The position numbers and the translations under genes were made by a program. A DNA stretch of 64,000 nucleotides, from UHGV virus genome UHGV-0382128, one strand, 5' to 3'. Positions 1-9,280 of this stretch are shown piece by piece; positions within the stretch are counted from its first letter, which is position 1, and each line of letters begins with the position of its first letter. This stretch comes from a virus. The notes under the pieces were generated by a model. It was given only the letters and a program-made list of their open reading frames with translations, was not told where the DNA came from and did no database searches.

Positions 1-18
1 AAAAAAGAATAAGGATTA

Positions 19-39
19 GGGGTGCTACATAAGCACCCC
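19..39 (-). terminator. rho-independent terminator for the minus-strand block
   Basis: perfect hairpin ggggtgct-acata-agcacccc; A-run on plus strand at 1-18 gives a U-run after the hairpin on the minus transcript. Confidence 0.55.
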
Positions 40-47
40 GTGAACTG

Positions 48-191
48 TTAAATTTTGCAAGCCCCGCCTGAGCAGTTATCGTCTTCCGTAGTTGGGTCAG
101 CACCCTTCTCTACGGTTTCTTCTGGGTCTAAGCCAGGGATTGCAAATTCGTCAGTTTCTTTAACGGTTTCTACTTTAACTTCTTCAGTCAT
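48..191 (-). CDS. small acidic hypothetical protein (47 aa), not in ORF track
   Basis: minus-strand ATG-TAA ORF read manually (MTEEVKVETVKE...); stop directly followed by terminator hairpin; preferred over overlapping plus ORF 55..237. Confidence 0.25.
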   Translation of the reverse strand: MTEEVKVETVKETDEFAIPGLDPEETVEKGADPTTEDDNCSGGACKI

Positions 192-233
192 TTTAGTTCC
201 CAAATTTCTTACAAAGGTGTTAGCAGTTTTGAT

Positions 234-416
234 TTAACGATGGCGAATGTGAGACAGAAGCAGGCCCATCCGTAGTGGAACTGACGCTGTCATTGCCTTT
301 TTATACTGCACAGTGCGTACTTTCGATTTACCAGGTCCCTTACGTACGCGGTTGTAGCCAATAAAATATAGAGTACCTGTAAAGAATCTGAGGTTATGAA
401 AATATGGCTTCTTCAT
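234..416 (-). CDS. small basic hypothetical protein (60 aa)
   Basis: ORF track; start overlaps the stop of the upstream 57-aa paralogue (ATGA coupling); shares K-G-P-x-K basic motif with it. Confidence 0.35.
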   Translation of the reverse strand: MKKPYFHNLRFFTGTLYFIGYNRVRKGPGKSKVRTVQYKKAMTASVPLRMGLLLSHIRHR

Positions 417-586
417 TGTTCCCCCTTCTCGAATGGGTTAGATTCAAGGAACTTGGAATAAGAAAATTGAATTACTTGGAAACGTTTACGTCCTTTACGT
501 GGCCCTTTGCACCAACGTGTAGTAACGGTACGGAATTTCTTCGGTTCGAAATACATTATCGTGAAACTAAGAACATCATCCAACAT
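413..586 (-). CDS. small basic hypothetical protein (57 aa), paralogue of 234..416, not in ORF track
   Basis: manual translation MLDDVLSFTIMYFEPKKFRTVTTRWCKGPRKGRKRF...; AAGGA SD about 7 nt upstream. Confidence 0.3.
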   Translation of the reverse strand: MLDDVLSFTIMYFEPKKFRTVTTRWCKGPRKGRKRFQVIQFSYSKFLESNPFEKGEQ

Positions 587-605
587 AAATTTTCCTTATC
601 GCCAA

Positions 606-1052
606 CTAACCCATTAAATGTATTACGACGTCTTTAGTTACTGAGTTTGCCAGTAAGCGAAAGAACTTCATGTAACGGAAAATGCTAAAGAAAACCCCAG
701 CGTCGTCTACAATAACAAGGCTGTATTTTTCTTTTTCTGTACCCATCTGATAACCAATGATTTGCGTGATATTCTCCGGTAAGTCTTCGAGACCCAAACG
801 GAATAGCACATCGTCCTCTAAGAACCCTTTTGGGTTAACGAATAATACCTTCCCTTTATGGTTCTTAGCTAACTCGACACCGAAGTCTGTAAGTCCTGTC
901 TGCCTGCCTGTACCGTAGCGGATAGTACGAAATTCAGATAAGGCATTGGGACCATAACGATCGGTAAACGGATTATCTTTAGAATCCAGATCGGTTAAAC
1001 CTTTTGATAATTCTTCTACTACGATGTTATAGTTAACATGAGTTTTAGACAT
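606..1052 (-). CDS. hypothetical protein (148 aa)
   Basis: ORF track; tight packing next to thymidylate synthase; no recognisable motif. Confidence 0.5.
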   Translation of the reverse strand: MSKTHVNYNIVVEELSKGLTDLDSKDNPFTDRYGPNALSEFRTIRYGTGRQTGLTDFGVELAKNHKGKVLFVNPKGFLEDDVLFRLGLEDLPENITQIIGYQMGTEKEKYSLVIVDDAGVFFSIFRYMKFFRLLANSVTKDVVIHLMG

Positions 1053-1109
1053 TTCAATGTTCCTTTTAGTTTCGAGGTGGTTCAGATATAGATTGCATGT
1101 GAAACAACT

Positions 1110-1406
1110 TTACTTAAAATCACGTTTGGCCTTGCTAATGATTTGAGATATTCTGCTTGGCGTCACTCCGTGTATTTCGGCCAATTTCTTGTTACTTAGG
1201 CCACCCAATTTACCAACAAGAATATTCAATACACGTAAGTCTTTTAACGTTGCCGAAATCTTCTCTAAGATTTCGATATCAGCTTGATCAAACTTACCTT
1301 TAGTCTGTAATGCTATCCCAGCACGCTCAGTAACAGTTTTTAGCTCAGCTAATCGACTAATGCCGAAAGAAGTTAACTCCACGTACGATTTCTCATTAAT
1401 CATCAT
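1110..1406 (-). CDS. small HTH protein resembling sigma-70 region 4 (possible transcription regulator)
   Basis: C-terminal LSNKKLAEIHGVTPSRISQIISKAKRDFK resembles sigma region 4.2 HTH. Confidence 0.45.
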   Translation of the reverse strand: MMINEKSYVELTSFGISRLAELKTVTERAGIALQTKGKFDQADIEILEKISATLKDLRVLNILVGKLGGLSNKKLAEIHGVTPSRISQIISKAKRDFK

Positions 1407-1413
1407 GTACCCC

Positions 1414-2448
1414 TTAGACAGCTATGGGAGCTTTAATTGTGTCGTGTGATTGATACCCAACCAATTCGAAGTCTTCGTATTTGTAATCGAAGATGGAATC
1501 AGGTTTACGTTTGATAACCAGTTTAGGTAGCGGGTAAGGTTCGCGAGTAAGTTGTAGTTTTGCCTGCTCCAGATGGTTAGAATACAGATGAACGTCTACA
1601 CCACTATAAACCAACTCGTCTGGAACCATGTTCAACTGCTGTGCAATCATGTGAGTTAACAACGCGTACGAAGCGACGTTAAATGGCGCGCCGAGTAGGT
1701 AATCGTTGCTCCGCATCATGTAAAAACATGAAAGCTTCCGACGTGGAATGTCCTCACGATCTAAAATTTCATGAAGTCGCTCTTCATCATCAATATCTTC
1801 GTGATTAATAAGCGGTGCGCTCGCAAATTTTTCCGGTTCGTTTACTTCGTACCAATCCAGTCGTTCAAGCAACGTCATTTCCGTTGTGTAGAATTGGAAA
1901 TAGTTGTGGCATGGGTTAAGTGCCATATCGTCCAGGTCACCTACATTCCAGGCACTAACAATAATACGACGGGAGTCAGGGTCTTCACGAAGTTGCTGGA
2001 TAACTTTACTGATCTGGTCATGTGCTTTTTCATAGACCAAATACGTCGTACCGTCTTCCTTCATATTCCCAATATACTTGTAACCCCGCTGCATTAGTTG
2101 TTGTGTACGTCTTACGTCATGACACTCCACAACTTTACAGTCGCGCCATTCACGCCATTGTTTACCATAAACTGGTCCTAAGTTCCCCTCTTCATCACTC
2201 CATTCGTTCCAAATTTTTACCCCGTTCTCTTGCAGGTACTTCACGTTAGTGTCACCATTTAAGAACCACAGCAGTTCATGAATGATACTTTTCAGGTGAA
2301 CCTTTTTCGTAGTAACTAATGGGAAACCTTCTTTTAGGTCGAAACGTAGTTGGCGACCAAATACAGAAAGTGTCCCTACGCCTGTACGGTCTTTCTTGAC
2401 AACACCGTTATCTAGAATGTCTTGCATTAACGCTAAATACTGTTTCAT
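1414..2448 (-). CDS. thyA: thymidylate synthase (ThyA family) with two in-frame insertions
   Basis: N-terminus [50 protein letters not shown], active-site NPCH, C-terminal [26 protein letters not shown] closely match E. coli ThyA; 344 aa versus about 264 aa. Confidence 0.85.
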   Translation of the reverse strand: MKQYLALMQDILDNGVVKKDRTGVGTLSVFGRQLRFDLKEGFPLVTTKKVHLKSIIHELLWFLNGDTNVKYLQENGVKIWNEWSDEEGNLGPVYGKQWREWRDCKVVECHDVRRTQQLMQRGYKYIGNMKEDGTTYLVYEKAHDQISKVIQQLREDPDSRRIIVSAWNVGDLDDMALNPCHNYFQFYTTEMTLLERLDWYEVNEPEKFASAPLINHEDIDDEERLHEILDREDIPRRKLSCFYMMRSNDYLLGAPFNVASYALLTHMIAQQLNMVPDELVYSGVDVHLYSNHLEQAKLQLTREPYPLPKLVIKRKPDSIFDYKYEDFELVGYQSHDTIKAPIAV

Positions 2449-2762
2449 TTGTTATTCTCCATACGTTTCGTTAAAATGTCTAAATTACGTTGCGCTTGCT
2501 CAGGACTAAAAATAATGTTTTCCTGGCTATACGTTACATGGAAATGTTTTTTGTTAACAATCTCAACCTTAAGGCCACGAACTTCGAATTGCCGTTTAGC
2601 CTCTTCAACCTTTTTTGGTGAGATTCTAAGAAGACCTGGAAATAGTTCGTCTGCAGGAACGTAGTATTTGATTTCCTTAGTTTCGGGAATTAATTCGATC
2701 CTATCTAAACTGACGCTTATGATTTCGTCAATCTTTTTCTTTATATTGTCGTTCACAGTCAT
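2445..2762 (-). CDS. hypothetical protein (105 aa)
   Basis: ORF track; ATGA overlap with thyA start. Confidence 0.5.
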   Translation of the reverse strand: MTVNDNIKKKIDEIISVSLDRIELIPETKEIKYYVPADELFPGLLRISPKKVEEAKRQFEVRGLKVEIVNKKHFHVTYSQENIIFSPEQAQRNLDILTKRMENNK

Positions 2763-3070
2763 CAGATTTTGTCCTTTTCGAGTTCAGTTAAAATTTCAAA
2801 CAGGTCTGCGTTGGACTGCAGTACGATTTCACTGCCTTCTGCTACAACAGTAATTAAAGGCTTCTTACCACGTAGCAAGAACTCCCAACGCATTGTTCTT
2901 ACGTGGCTGTCGAGTAACTGTTTTAATTTGTGGTTAACTTCAACTTCCAATTTGCCCAGTAACTGTGGTGTAATGCTTTCACCTGAGTTTTTGTTATAAA
3001 GTGTACGCACTAAAGAACGTAAAGAATAGCCAATGCACTGCGAAATTGCCCAACCCGAATAGTTTTCCAT
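2762..3070 (-). CDS. hypothetical protein (102 aa)
   Basis: ORF track; 1-nt overlap with downstream gene. Confidence 0.5.
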   Translation of the reverse strand: MENYSGWAISQCIGYSLRSLVRTLYNKNSGESITPQLLGKLEVEVNHKLKQLLDSHVRTMRWEFLLRGKKPLITVVAEGSEIVLQSNADLFEILTELEKDKI

Positions 3071-3071
3071 G

Positions 3072-3617
3072 TTAATCCTTCAAAATGTCTTTAAGTTTTA
3101 GTTTTGTATAGAACGGAGAACTACTTAGTTCTTCTGTCCAACTTATACGTCCGTTCTGTAGAACCCGGTCGAAGATTAGGCCGTTCATCTTTACAATTCT
3201 GGCCAATTGATAAAAGAGTGTCGCGAGATGTAGACGACGCTCCATTTGTGCGCGAGCGGTACAACTTCGTACCGCTTTGATAGCAAGTACCGCTTCTGGC
3301 ATCAACGTAACCGCGATTGACTCAGGATGTTCGTTTTTCCATTTCTTAATGGCTAGTAGTCGGTGTAGTGATTTTTCAAGGGGACGTAAATCCCCGTTAT
3401 TCATCACGTAAACTAGAGCAGCAATATCCCACAAGGCGTTACCCACCGCTTTAGCAACAAACAACCCGTCGTGTGATGTCGTGGATTCACAGACTTTGCC
3501 AATACTTCCATAAACACGTGCAGTCCATGCGTCTGTCTGTTCGCCGGGTTTTATACCCGCGTTATCCAGAAAGTGTTTAAACGCATTAACGTGATCAGTT
3601 AACTGTATTTGTTTCAT
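3072..3617 (-). CDS. hypothetical protein (181 aa)
   Basis: ORF track. Confidence 0.5.
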   Translation of the reverse strand: MKQIQLTDHVNAFKHFLDNAGIKPGEQTDAWTARVYGSIGKVCESTTSHDGLFVAKAVGNALWDIAALVYVMNNGDLRPLEKSLHRLLAIKKWKNEHPESIAVTLMPEAVLAIKAVRSCTARAQMERRLHLATLFYQLARIVKMNGLIFDRVLQNGRISWTEELSSSPFYTKLKLKDILKD

Positions 3618-3631
3618 TTCCGATACCCGAT

Positions 3632-4147
3632 TTAGTCACGAGACTTTATTTTAAGGTACGCAACCGCAGCTCCCACGATTGCAATACCGGCGCCCCAACC
3701 TATCTTTTCTATTACACTCATATCGTCCCATCTTTTCTCTTCGTTACGTCGTTTGGCCTCGTCTGCCCGTTCTCTCCACATCGCTTCGCGTTCCAGACAG
3801 CTGGGATTTATTTCCTCTTCACAACGACGTTTCCGCTCTTCTTCCCTAACCAGTTCTTCTAAATAGAGCCTCGTTTCTTCCACAGCTTGTTCATAGACGT
3901 CTATGCGTTCGGGAAGAATTCTCCTGTGAGCGGCTTTGTTGCGAACGGAAGCAATCATGTGGAGTTTCCGTTCGTATTTTGGTTCGAGAAGATGAGCTAT
4001 GCTTTTGGTCTTCCCATGAAGCCCATGACCGGTACCGCCGAGTTTTTCCACAAGTTCTTCTACAGAAATTGCAAGATCGAGAATATATCCACGCATAATT
4101 GTTTCTCCGCTTAAACGCAGTCTTGGGAGACATAAGTCTGTTCCCAA
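3632..4147 (-). CDS. hypothetical protein with HEPN-like Rx4H motif and C-terminal transmembrane helix
   Basis: motif SVRNKAAHRR (R-x4-H); C-terminal IGWGAGIAIVGAAVAYL hydrophobic helix; true start may be an internal Met. Confidence 0.4.
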   Translation of the reverse strand: MGTDLCLPRLRLSGETIMRGYILDLAISVEELVEKLGGTGHGLHGKTKSIAHLLEPKYERKLHMIASVRNKAAHRRILPERIDVYEQAVEETRLYLEELVREEERKRRCEEEINPSCLEREAMWRERADEAKRRNEEKRWDDMSVIEKIGWGAGIAIVGAAVAYLKIKSRD

Positions 4148-4156
4148 CTGTAAAAA

Positions 4157-4525
4157 TCATTTCAACAAAACAAGATGAATTTGGTATTCGTCATCAGCAG
4201 GAGAAGAATAATCGCCAGCTTCAGGTAACGTTATATCTCCCAGTAGAGCGTGGAAGGGTAATCCACGAGCAGCCTCAACTATTCGTACAAGCGGAAAACC
4301 TGTTCTTTTAATCCAATTGTAATCAACAAACATAACACCACCAGGACTTCCCGAACCTTCCCACACACGAATTTCCACAGTCTTTCCCGAAAAGTTGGCA
4401 AGTACGGTGCGTAGTCCTAATCGCACATAACTGGGAAAGGGTACTTCAATAACTTGTTTTGGTAAAACAAATTCAGGGAATTTAAAACCGAAACCTTTGG
4501 GTGTACTAAAAAACTGAGCTTGCAT
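4157..4525 (-). CDS. hypothetical protein (122 aa)
   Basis: ORF track; AAGGAG SD upstream. Confidence 0.5.
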   Translation of the reverse strand: MQAQFFSTPKGFGFKFPEFVLPKQVIEVPFPSYVRLGLRTVLANFSGKTVEIRVWEGSGSPGGVMFVDYNWIKRTGFPLVRIVEAARGLPFHALLGDITLPEAGDYSSPADDEYQIHLVLLK

Positions 4526-4557
4526 GATAATTCTCCTTTAGGGTAAAAAATGAAAAT

Positions 4558-4581
4558 ACCCTACTCCTGTCTAGGAGTAGG
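4558..4581 (-). terminator. rho-independent terminator (CCCTACTCC-loop-GGAGTAGGG family)
   Basis: hairpin ccctactcc-tgtcta-ggagtaggg with flanking A-run on plus strand; lies after the stop of 4589..5248. Confidence 0.55.
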
Positions 4582-4588
4582 GTAGGTA

Positions 4589-5248
4589 TTACATACGGGT
4601 AACTGAATCCCAGTAATCGCGAAGATATTCTTGATCTTCAGGATCTTTCGGTGTAGCCGGAATGTGGCCGTCAAACTCAAACGGAATTACAGACAGAACA
4701 TCCGCAATCTCGTAACGCTCGACTTCCAGTTCAACTTTCACCCAGTCACCGACGCTGGTACTACTACGCATCTCGGTGAGGAGATCGTTAAAGTCAGCCG
4801 AAACTTCAATTGCAGGGTGTCCGGTGGTGATAGTGAAAATATCAATATCCCAATGCTTAGCGCCTTTATCGGCTAATTCACCCGGTTCTAAGTGGATACG
4901 TTTCACCAGGTGAGCCAAATAACCGTCCTTGTAAAAAGAGAGTGCAGAACTAATACCGATATCCGAATTCTCTTCAACCTTTCCGTCCAGGAATTTACGC
5001 TTAAGCGTTAGCTGTGCTGTACCGTCTTCTTTAATACGGATACGACGACGCCCACCTTCTATCGGCATGAGAATGTCCATGAACATCTTAGTGGACTGTG
5101 CGTGTAGCCAATCCCATCCCGCTTGCGTGGGTTTTACCCAAACGCAATATTCCTTTTCCACTTCACGTTTAATGGATTCGCCTGCAACGCGAATAACTTC
5201 TTCTTCCTGCGCTTTTTCCAATTGCGCAAGGGTATCGAATAATCCCAT
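4589..5248 (-). CDS. hypothetical protein (219 aa)
   Basis: ORF track. Confidence 0.55.
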   Translation of the reverse strand: MGLFDTLAQLEKAQEEEVIRVAGESIKREVEKEYCVWVKPTQAGWDWLHAQSTKMFMDILMPIEGGRRRIRIKEDGTAQLTLKRKFLDGKVEENSDIGISSALSFYKDGYLAHLVKRIHLEPGELADKGAKHWDIDIFTITTGHPAIEVSADFNDLLTEMRSSTSVGDWVKVELEVERYEIADVLSVIPFEFDGHIPATPKDPEDQEYLRDYWDSVTRM

Positions 5249-6090
5249 TAGATTAATCCCATACTTTCACTGACGCTCGTAATGTCGAACGTTGTGTCGT
5301 TAAAGTCGATGTTTTCTACAATAGAAACCACCAGATTAGGAAGCCATTCTGAATGGGGTGGTGTAATAACCCGGCCGTTCATAACGTAGTAATGCAAGAA
5401 CGGTAGTCCCATCGAATGGCAGTACGATAACACATTACCTAAGCAACTTCCGTCAAACTTCAAGAGTCGGAGCTTACGCAGTAATGCGTTTTGAAATGCA
5501 CCGCTTGCGTAATTGCTAAACTCGCCAGGTCGATAATCCGTGCCCCCGTAGATACTCGCCTTTAATCGCCGACCGCGTTGTATACATTCAGCCCCAGTCA
5601 GGGTTCGTAATAAACGAATGTCTGGATATTCAGTTTCCAAACGACCCAAAGCGTTTATTCCGTAGCCCTTGTAGAACAGATAGTCTACGATCCTTAAATA
5701 ATGATAGTAACCTTCCAACGTTAAAAACTGACCGTGAATTGTGTCGAATTTAGCACCGTTAGGTTGCGCGTAGAAGTTACTGATCATTTTCCCTACGGTA
5801 GTACGACCGTTAGAGTAAAGGTTAAGGTGGTTGATACCGTCGGTAAAAGGGAGTTTTTCGGGTAACGCACAAACGTAGCCTAAACGACGAAGGTATAGGA
5901 CATAAACAAAGCGCTCATCAGGAGTAAGCACAATGTTTGACGCGTTAACGTATGTATTAGGATTATTTCGGCCAGGTTGATAACCCAGCGTTAAAGCCAA
6001 TGCTTGATTGTCTTCGCTCTGACTTTTGATCTTCTTTAATACGGAACGCAGTAATTGTGGTTCGGTCATAACCGGCCTCTTAAATTGCAA
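5248..6090 (-). CDS. hypothetical protein (280 aa)
   Basis: ORF track; 1-nt overlap coupling with downstream gene. Confidence 0.55.
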   Translation of the reverse strand: MQFKRPVMTEPQLLRSVLKKIKSQSEDNQALALTLGYQPGRNNPNTYVNASNIVLTPDERFVYVLYLRRLGYVCALPEKLPFTDGINHLNLYSNGRTTVGKMISNFYAQPNGAKFDTIHGQFLTLEGYYHYLRIVDYLFYKGYGINALGRLETEYPDIRLLRTLTGAECIQRGRRLKASIYGGTDYRPGEFSNYASGAFQNALLRKLRLLKFDGSCLGNVLSYCHSMGLPFLHYYVMNGRVITPPHSEWLPNLVVSIVENIDFNDTTFDITSVSESMGLI

Positions 6091-7381
6091 AATAGTCTTC
6101 CACGATTTTATCGGTAGACTGGTAACTTACACTGCCTGCAGCAATCACGTAATTACGTTTCTCAGTGGTCAGTAGTGCCTGAATCGCATTTACGCCCGCG
6201 TAGGTGTAAAGTTTAAGTTCAGTCATCTCCGGCGTGATGTTCTTCGCTTTGTCCCACTTTGCATCTAATCCTTTAAATAGTGTTAATAGGCGAGTACCAT
6301 ACGTTTTGAATCTGACACCAGGTTCAACCCGAAGGTTAGCCATGAGGTTTTGGATAACGGTGGCTGCGATCTGAGTCCCTTGTCCCGGTTGCAGTTTATC
6401 CAGATAGTATTCCGTTGAATCCAGATTACCTGTCGCTGCCGCCTGAATCATCAGCTCGCCGTACAGTACCTCTTTTGCTTGTGTGTCGGTAATCGCTTGA
6501 AGCATCGGCTCAATTTTAGCCGGTAAACCATAACTGTTCAGTTTGGTAGAGAGGCCATAAATCAGCGCCGAAGAGGTATTAATGTCTAACGCGGAGAAAC
6601 TGTTGCTGCCTTTAAAGCTATTAATCAGGTTATCGATGGCTAAGAAGTCATCTAAGTCTTTGTAGCTGTCGAAAGTATGTTGTACGTCATCAACGATCGA
6701 AGTGATTTGATAACGCATACTGTTGACTTCAGACATAAACCCGTTGACTTCTTGACTAACTTCCGAGGGGAGTTTAGCCAGTTGTCCAGCAATGTTCATC
6801 GTCCCTTCGAGACGTTTTTTCACCGAGTTAAAGTCAGTACCGATACCGGATAAAACGGAGTCGGTTAAGCTGCCGATGCTGTCCCACCCTTTACCTAACA
6901 GCTTCCCCATCCCACCTGGACTTAGGTAGTCTAGTGCTTTTAGGCCATCTTCATCCTTTTTCTTAAAGGGTTCAGAAACGTCACGCTTTTGTGGGTCGAG
7001 GACAGGAAGCGTTTCTTTGGTATTAGATGCAAAACCGGGAACCTTTTGTCCTGGCGACACCCCGGAGGCTGAACTCCCCGCAGTCTTAGTTCCCCCAACA
7101 CTGGCGGTATCGCTACCGCCAAAAAGGTTACCAATTTTGCTGGTCAGCTCGTTGCCGCCGCTAATGAGTTTGTTGAAAGTTTCACCAGCGCGGTCTGATA
7201 GTCGGCTGACGCTATCGACCGTGTTCTTAATACCACGCTCCGCATTTTCCACTGTTGTTTGTACGCGGTTTGTGGCGCTCTTTGCCGTATTAACGGAATT
7301 ATCGATTGCCGACTGACCTTTATTTATCTGACTGGTTATTTGGTCGATTTTCATTCTGGTCTCCAATTTGGTATTCGTCAA
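6080..7381 (-). CDS. hypothetical protein (433 aa), Ser/Thr/Gly-rich N-terminal half
   Basis: ORF track. Confidence 0.55.
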   Translation of the reverse strand: MTNTKLETRMKIDQITSQINKGQSAIDNSVNTAKSATNRVQTTVENAERGIKNTVDSVSRLSDRAGETFNKLISGGNELTSKIGNLFGGSDTASVGGTKTAGSSASGVSPGQKVPGFASNTKETLPVLDPQKRDVSEPFKKKDEDGLKALDYLSPGGMGKLLGKGWDSIGSLTDSVLSGIGTDFNSVKKRLEGTMNIAGQLAKLPSEVSQEVNGFMSEVNSMRYQITSIVDDVQHTFDSYKDLDDFLAIDNLINSFKGSNSFSALDINTSSALIYGLSTKLNSYGLPAKIEPMLQAITDTQAKEVLYGELMIQAAATGNLDSTEYYLDKLQPGQGTQIAATVIQNLMANLRVEPGVRFKTYGTRLLTLFKGLDAKWDKAKNITPEMTELKLYTYAGVNAIQALLTTEKRNYVIAAGSVSYQSTDKIVEDYFAI

Positions 7382-8165
7382 GGTTTACCGTGACCTGAAC
7401 TTCGTAGATCTTATTGTCTTTCTGACGCCTTAAGGTCAAAAGGATTTCGAAACTACGAACATCAATTGCCTTGAGTACCCTCATAAACCATTTCCAGGAA
7501 AACTTCTTTTTTAACCTTAGATTGTGCTGCATATTGTGCCGCAAATCATTTCGTTTCGACGGCGTCTGCTCACAGTTAGCGGGATCGTTAACGAAGTTTG
7601 TGGAAAGACGGTACCACCAATCCGCATTCATTTTCATGTTTGCGAAGATAGTCCAAGTTAACCGAGATAACGGATGTACCATCATCTTTGCGGTCTCACC
7701 ACAGTTCTGGAAATAACGGTTCAGTTGCGCCGTTGCAGACTCCTTAGGTCGTTCGTCGTTATCTTCGAACAAATCCCGAGCGAGATCTTCACGCACGCGT
7801 GTGGTAACTTCAGATACGGTTTTTGTTTTGAAGTGTCCTCGGTAAGTGGTTACACAAATCCGCAGTGTTTCCACTCCGGTAATCACCAACCCTTCTGTAA
7901 AACCTCGCCAGGTAAGATCGACAGGTAGTGCAGGGATGTTACCTGAACTCAGCTTCGTGGAGATACGTTGTATTCGATCGTCCATCGTTGCTTTTGAACG
8001 TGTTTTAAATTCTGGAGACAGAATATGTTTGGCGACGGCGAGTTTGTAATCCGAAGGCTTCCATCCGATCAATTCTTTATAATTCCAATAAAGCGTTTGA
8101 AGTGGTCCGCCAGCACGTTCGTCTTCAGCGTCCACGACCACACTTACTTTTTTGCTATCCATCAC
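7320..8165 (-). CDS. hypothetical protein (281 aa)
   Basis: ORF track; 3' end overlaps the start of 6080..7381 by about 60 nt. Confidence 0.5.
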   Translation of the reverse strand: MMDSKKVSVVVDAEDERAGGPLQTLYWNYKELIGWKPSDYKLAVAKHILSPEFKTRSKATMDDRIQRISTKLSSGNIPALPVDLTWRGFTEGLVITGVETLRICVTTYRGHFKTKTVSEVTTRVREDLARDLFEDNDERPKESATAQLNRYFQNCGETAKMMVHPLSRLTWTIFANMKMNADWWYRLSTNFVNDPANCEQTPSKRNDLRHNMQHNLRLKKKFSWKWFMRVLKAIDVRSFEILLTLRRQKDNKIYEVQVTVNLDEYQIGDQNENRPNNQSDK

Positions 8166-8195
8166 ATCACCTTGTTACAAGGGGTTACTGGTTTG

Positions 8196-8744
8196 TTAAA
8201 TAGGGCGTTCTAAAAGGTAGTGTTCGATCAGTGTTTCCAACTCCCGGAATAAATGCGCTGTTTGGTTTACCAACGCTTTGTCTTCGTCGGACTCCGGTTT
8301 AAGGAACGTCGATTCATAAGGTTGAATTAGCGCGAGTAATTTACCCAATTTATAAGCGGCAACCTCAGGACTGGACGTCCCAAAATAAGTGTCTAGCCAT
8401 CGGTATTCTGCCAAGTCGTTTCGTTTATTTAAAGCATCGGGCAATGGTAGCCATTCAATTGAACTCCTGTTAATTGCTCGTTGGTATTCGTTAATGAGAA
8501 ATGCTAAACGTTGATAAAGAATGTCAATGTTATTAACGCGCAATTCGAGGAAACCGCGAAGGCTGGGGCGAAAGGGTTCTTCATTTATGTTTAAAGGCAA
8601 TGTAAGCAATTGTAAGCCGGTAAAGACTCTGACATAGGGGTTGTGGGTGTTCTTATGGAACTCCTGCTTCAAAGACTCTCTGAGGGCTTTTAAACGGTTA
8701 TTCTCTAACCGTTGTTTAAAACGAGTTATTATTCCTGTTAACAT
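8196..8744 (-). CDS. hypothetical protein (182 aa)
   Basis: ORF track; CTAAAGGAG-type SD. Confidence 0.55.
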   Translation of the reverse strand: MLTGIITRFKQRLENNRLKALRESLKQEFHKNTHNPYVRVFTGLQLLTLPLNINEEPFRPSLRGFLELRVNNIDILYQRLAFLINEYQRAINRSSIEWLPLPDALNKRNDLAEYRWLDTYFGTSSPEVAAYKLGKLLALIQPYESTFLKPESDEDKALVNQTAHLFRELETLIEHYLLERPI

Positions 8745-8815
8745 AATTCACTCCTAAAGAATGTCTCACGTAGATAATATCTGTCTGACTTCTTTTTGAA
8801 ATTGAGGTAGTAAGA

Positions 8816-9280
8816 ATGGCTGACGAAGAAGTGAAATATCAGGCGTTTGATGGAGATGTGGACGACGAAGAATCGCTTCTCCGCCAAACGCAACAAGCCC
8901 GTGTACGGATTGTGAACCTCATCTTAGACGATCCACAAGCACACAAAGACTTGAAAACGGTAGACCGTTTAGGGTCTTTGCTTAACGACGTTGATAAACA
9001 AATCATTTCCAAACGTCGTGTCGCCGCTGCACAGAAAAACAGCGAAGCTAACCAAGATTTGGCGAATGCACTTAATAGCATCCTCATGCAACGTGGTAAT
9101 ATCAAAATACGACGTCATGATGAGGAAATCGAAGAAACCCAGGGCTACCAGCCCCCCGTTCCTGCTATTCCGGATGTTGAGGTAACAGAAGGGGAGCTGG
9201 CACCAGTAGGTGAACAAATCGATGTTAAGTCCATTATGATGGCGGCGTTTGCACGTCCTGAACAGGACGAGCAAGACTAA
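8816..9280 (+). CDS. highly acidic hypothetical protein (154 aa)
   Basis: ORF track; strong SD GAGGT 7 nt upstream; about 32 Asp+Glu versus 18 Lys+Arg; only plus-strand gene in a 12-kb minus-strand block. Confidence 0.5.
   Translation: MADEEVKYQAFDGDVDDEESLLRQTQQARVRIVNLILDDPQAHKDLKTVDRLGSLLNDVDKQIISKRRVAAAQKNSEANQDLANALNSILMQRGNIKIRRHDEEIEETQGYQPPVPAIPDVEVTEGELAPVGEQIDVKSIMMAAFARPEQDEQD

Noticed and set aside
55-237. Plus-strand 60-aa ORF at window start
   Set aside because: Ser/Val-rich low-complexity translation with no RBS; the minus-strand 47-aa ORF ending at a terminator is more plausible.
1771-2249. Plus-strand ORFs 1771..2097 and 2022..2249 inside thyA
   Set aside because: Antisense shadow ORFs within a confidently identified gene; low-complexity translations.
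1414-2448. Intron or intein in thymidylate synthase (as in T4 td)
   Set aside because: The reading frame is continuous, extra segments are short and lack homing-endonuclease or intein splicing motifs.
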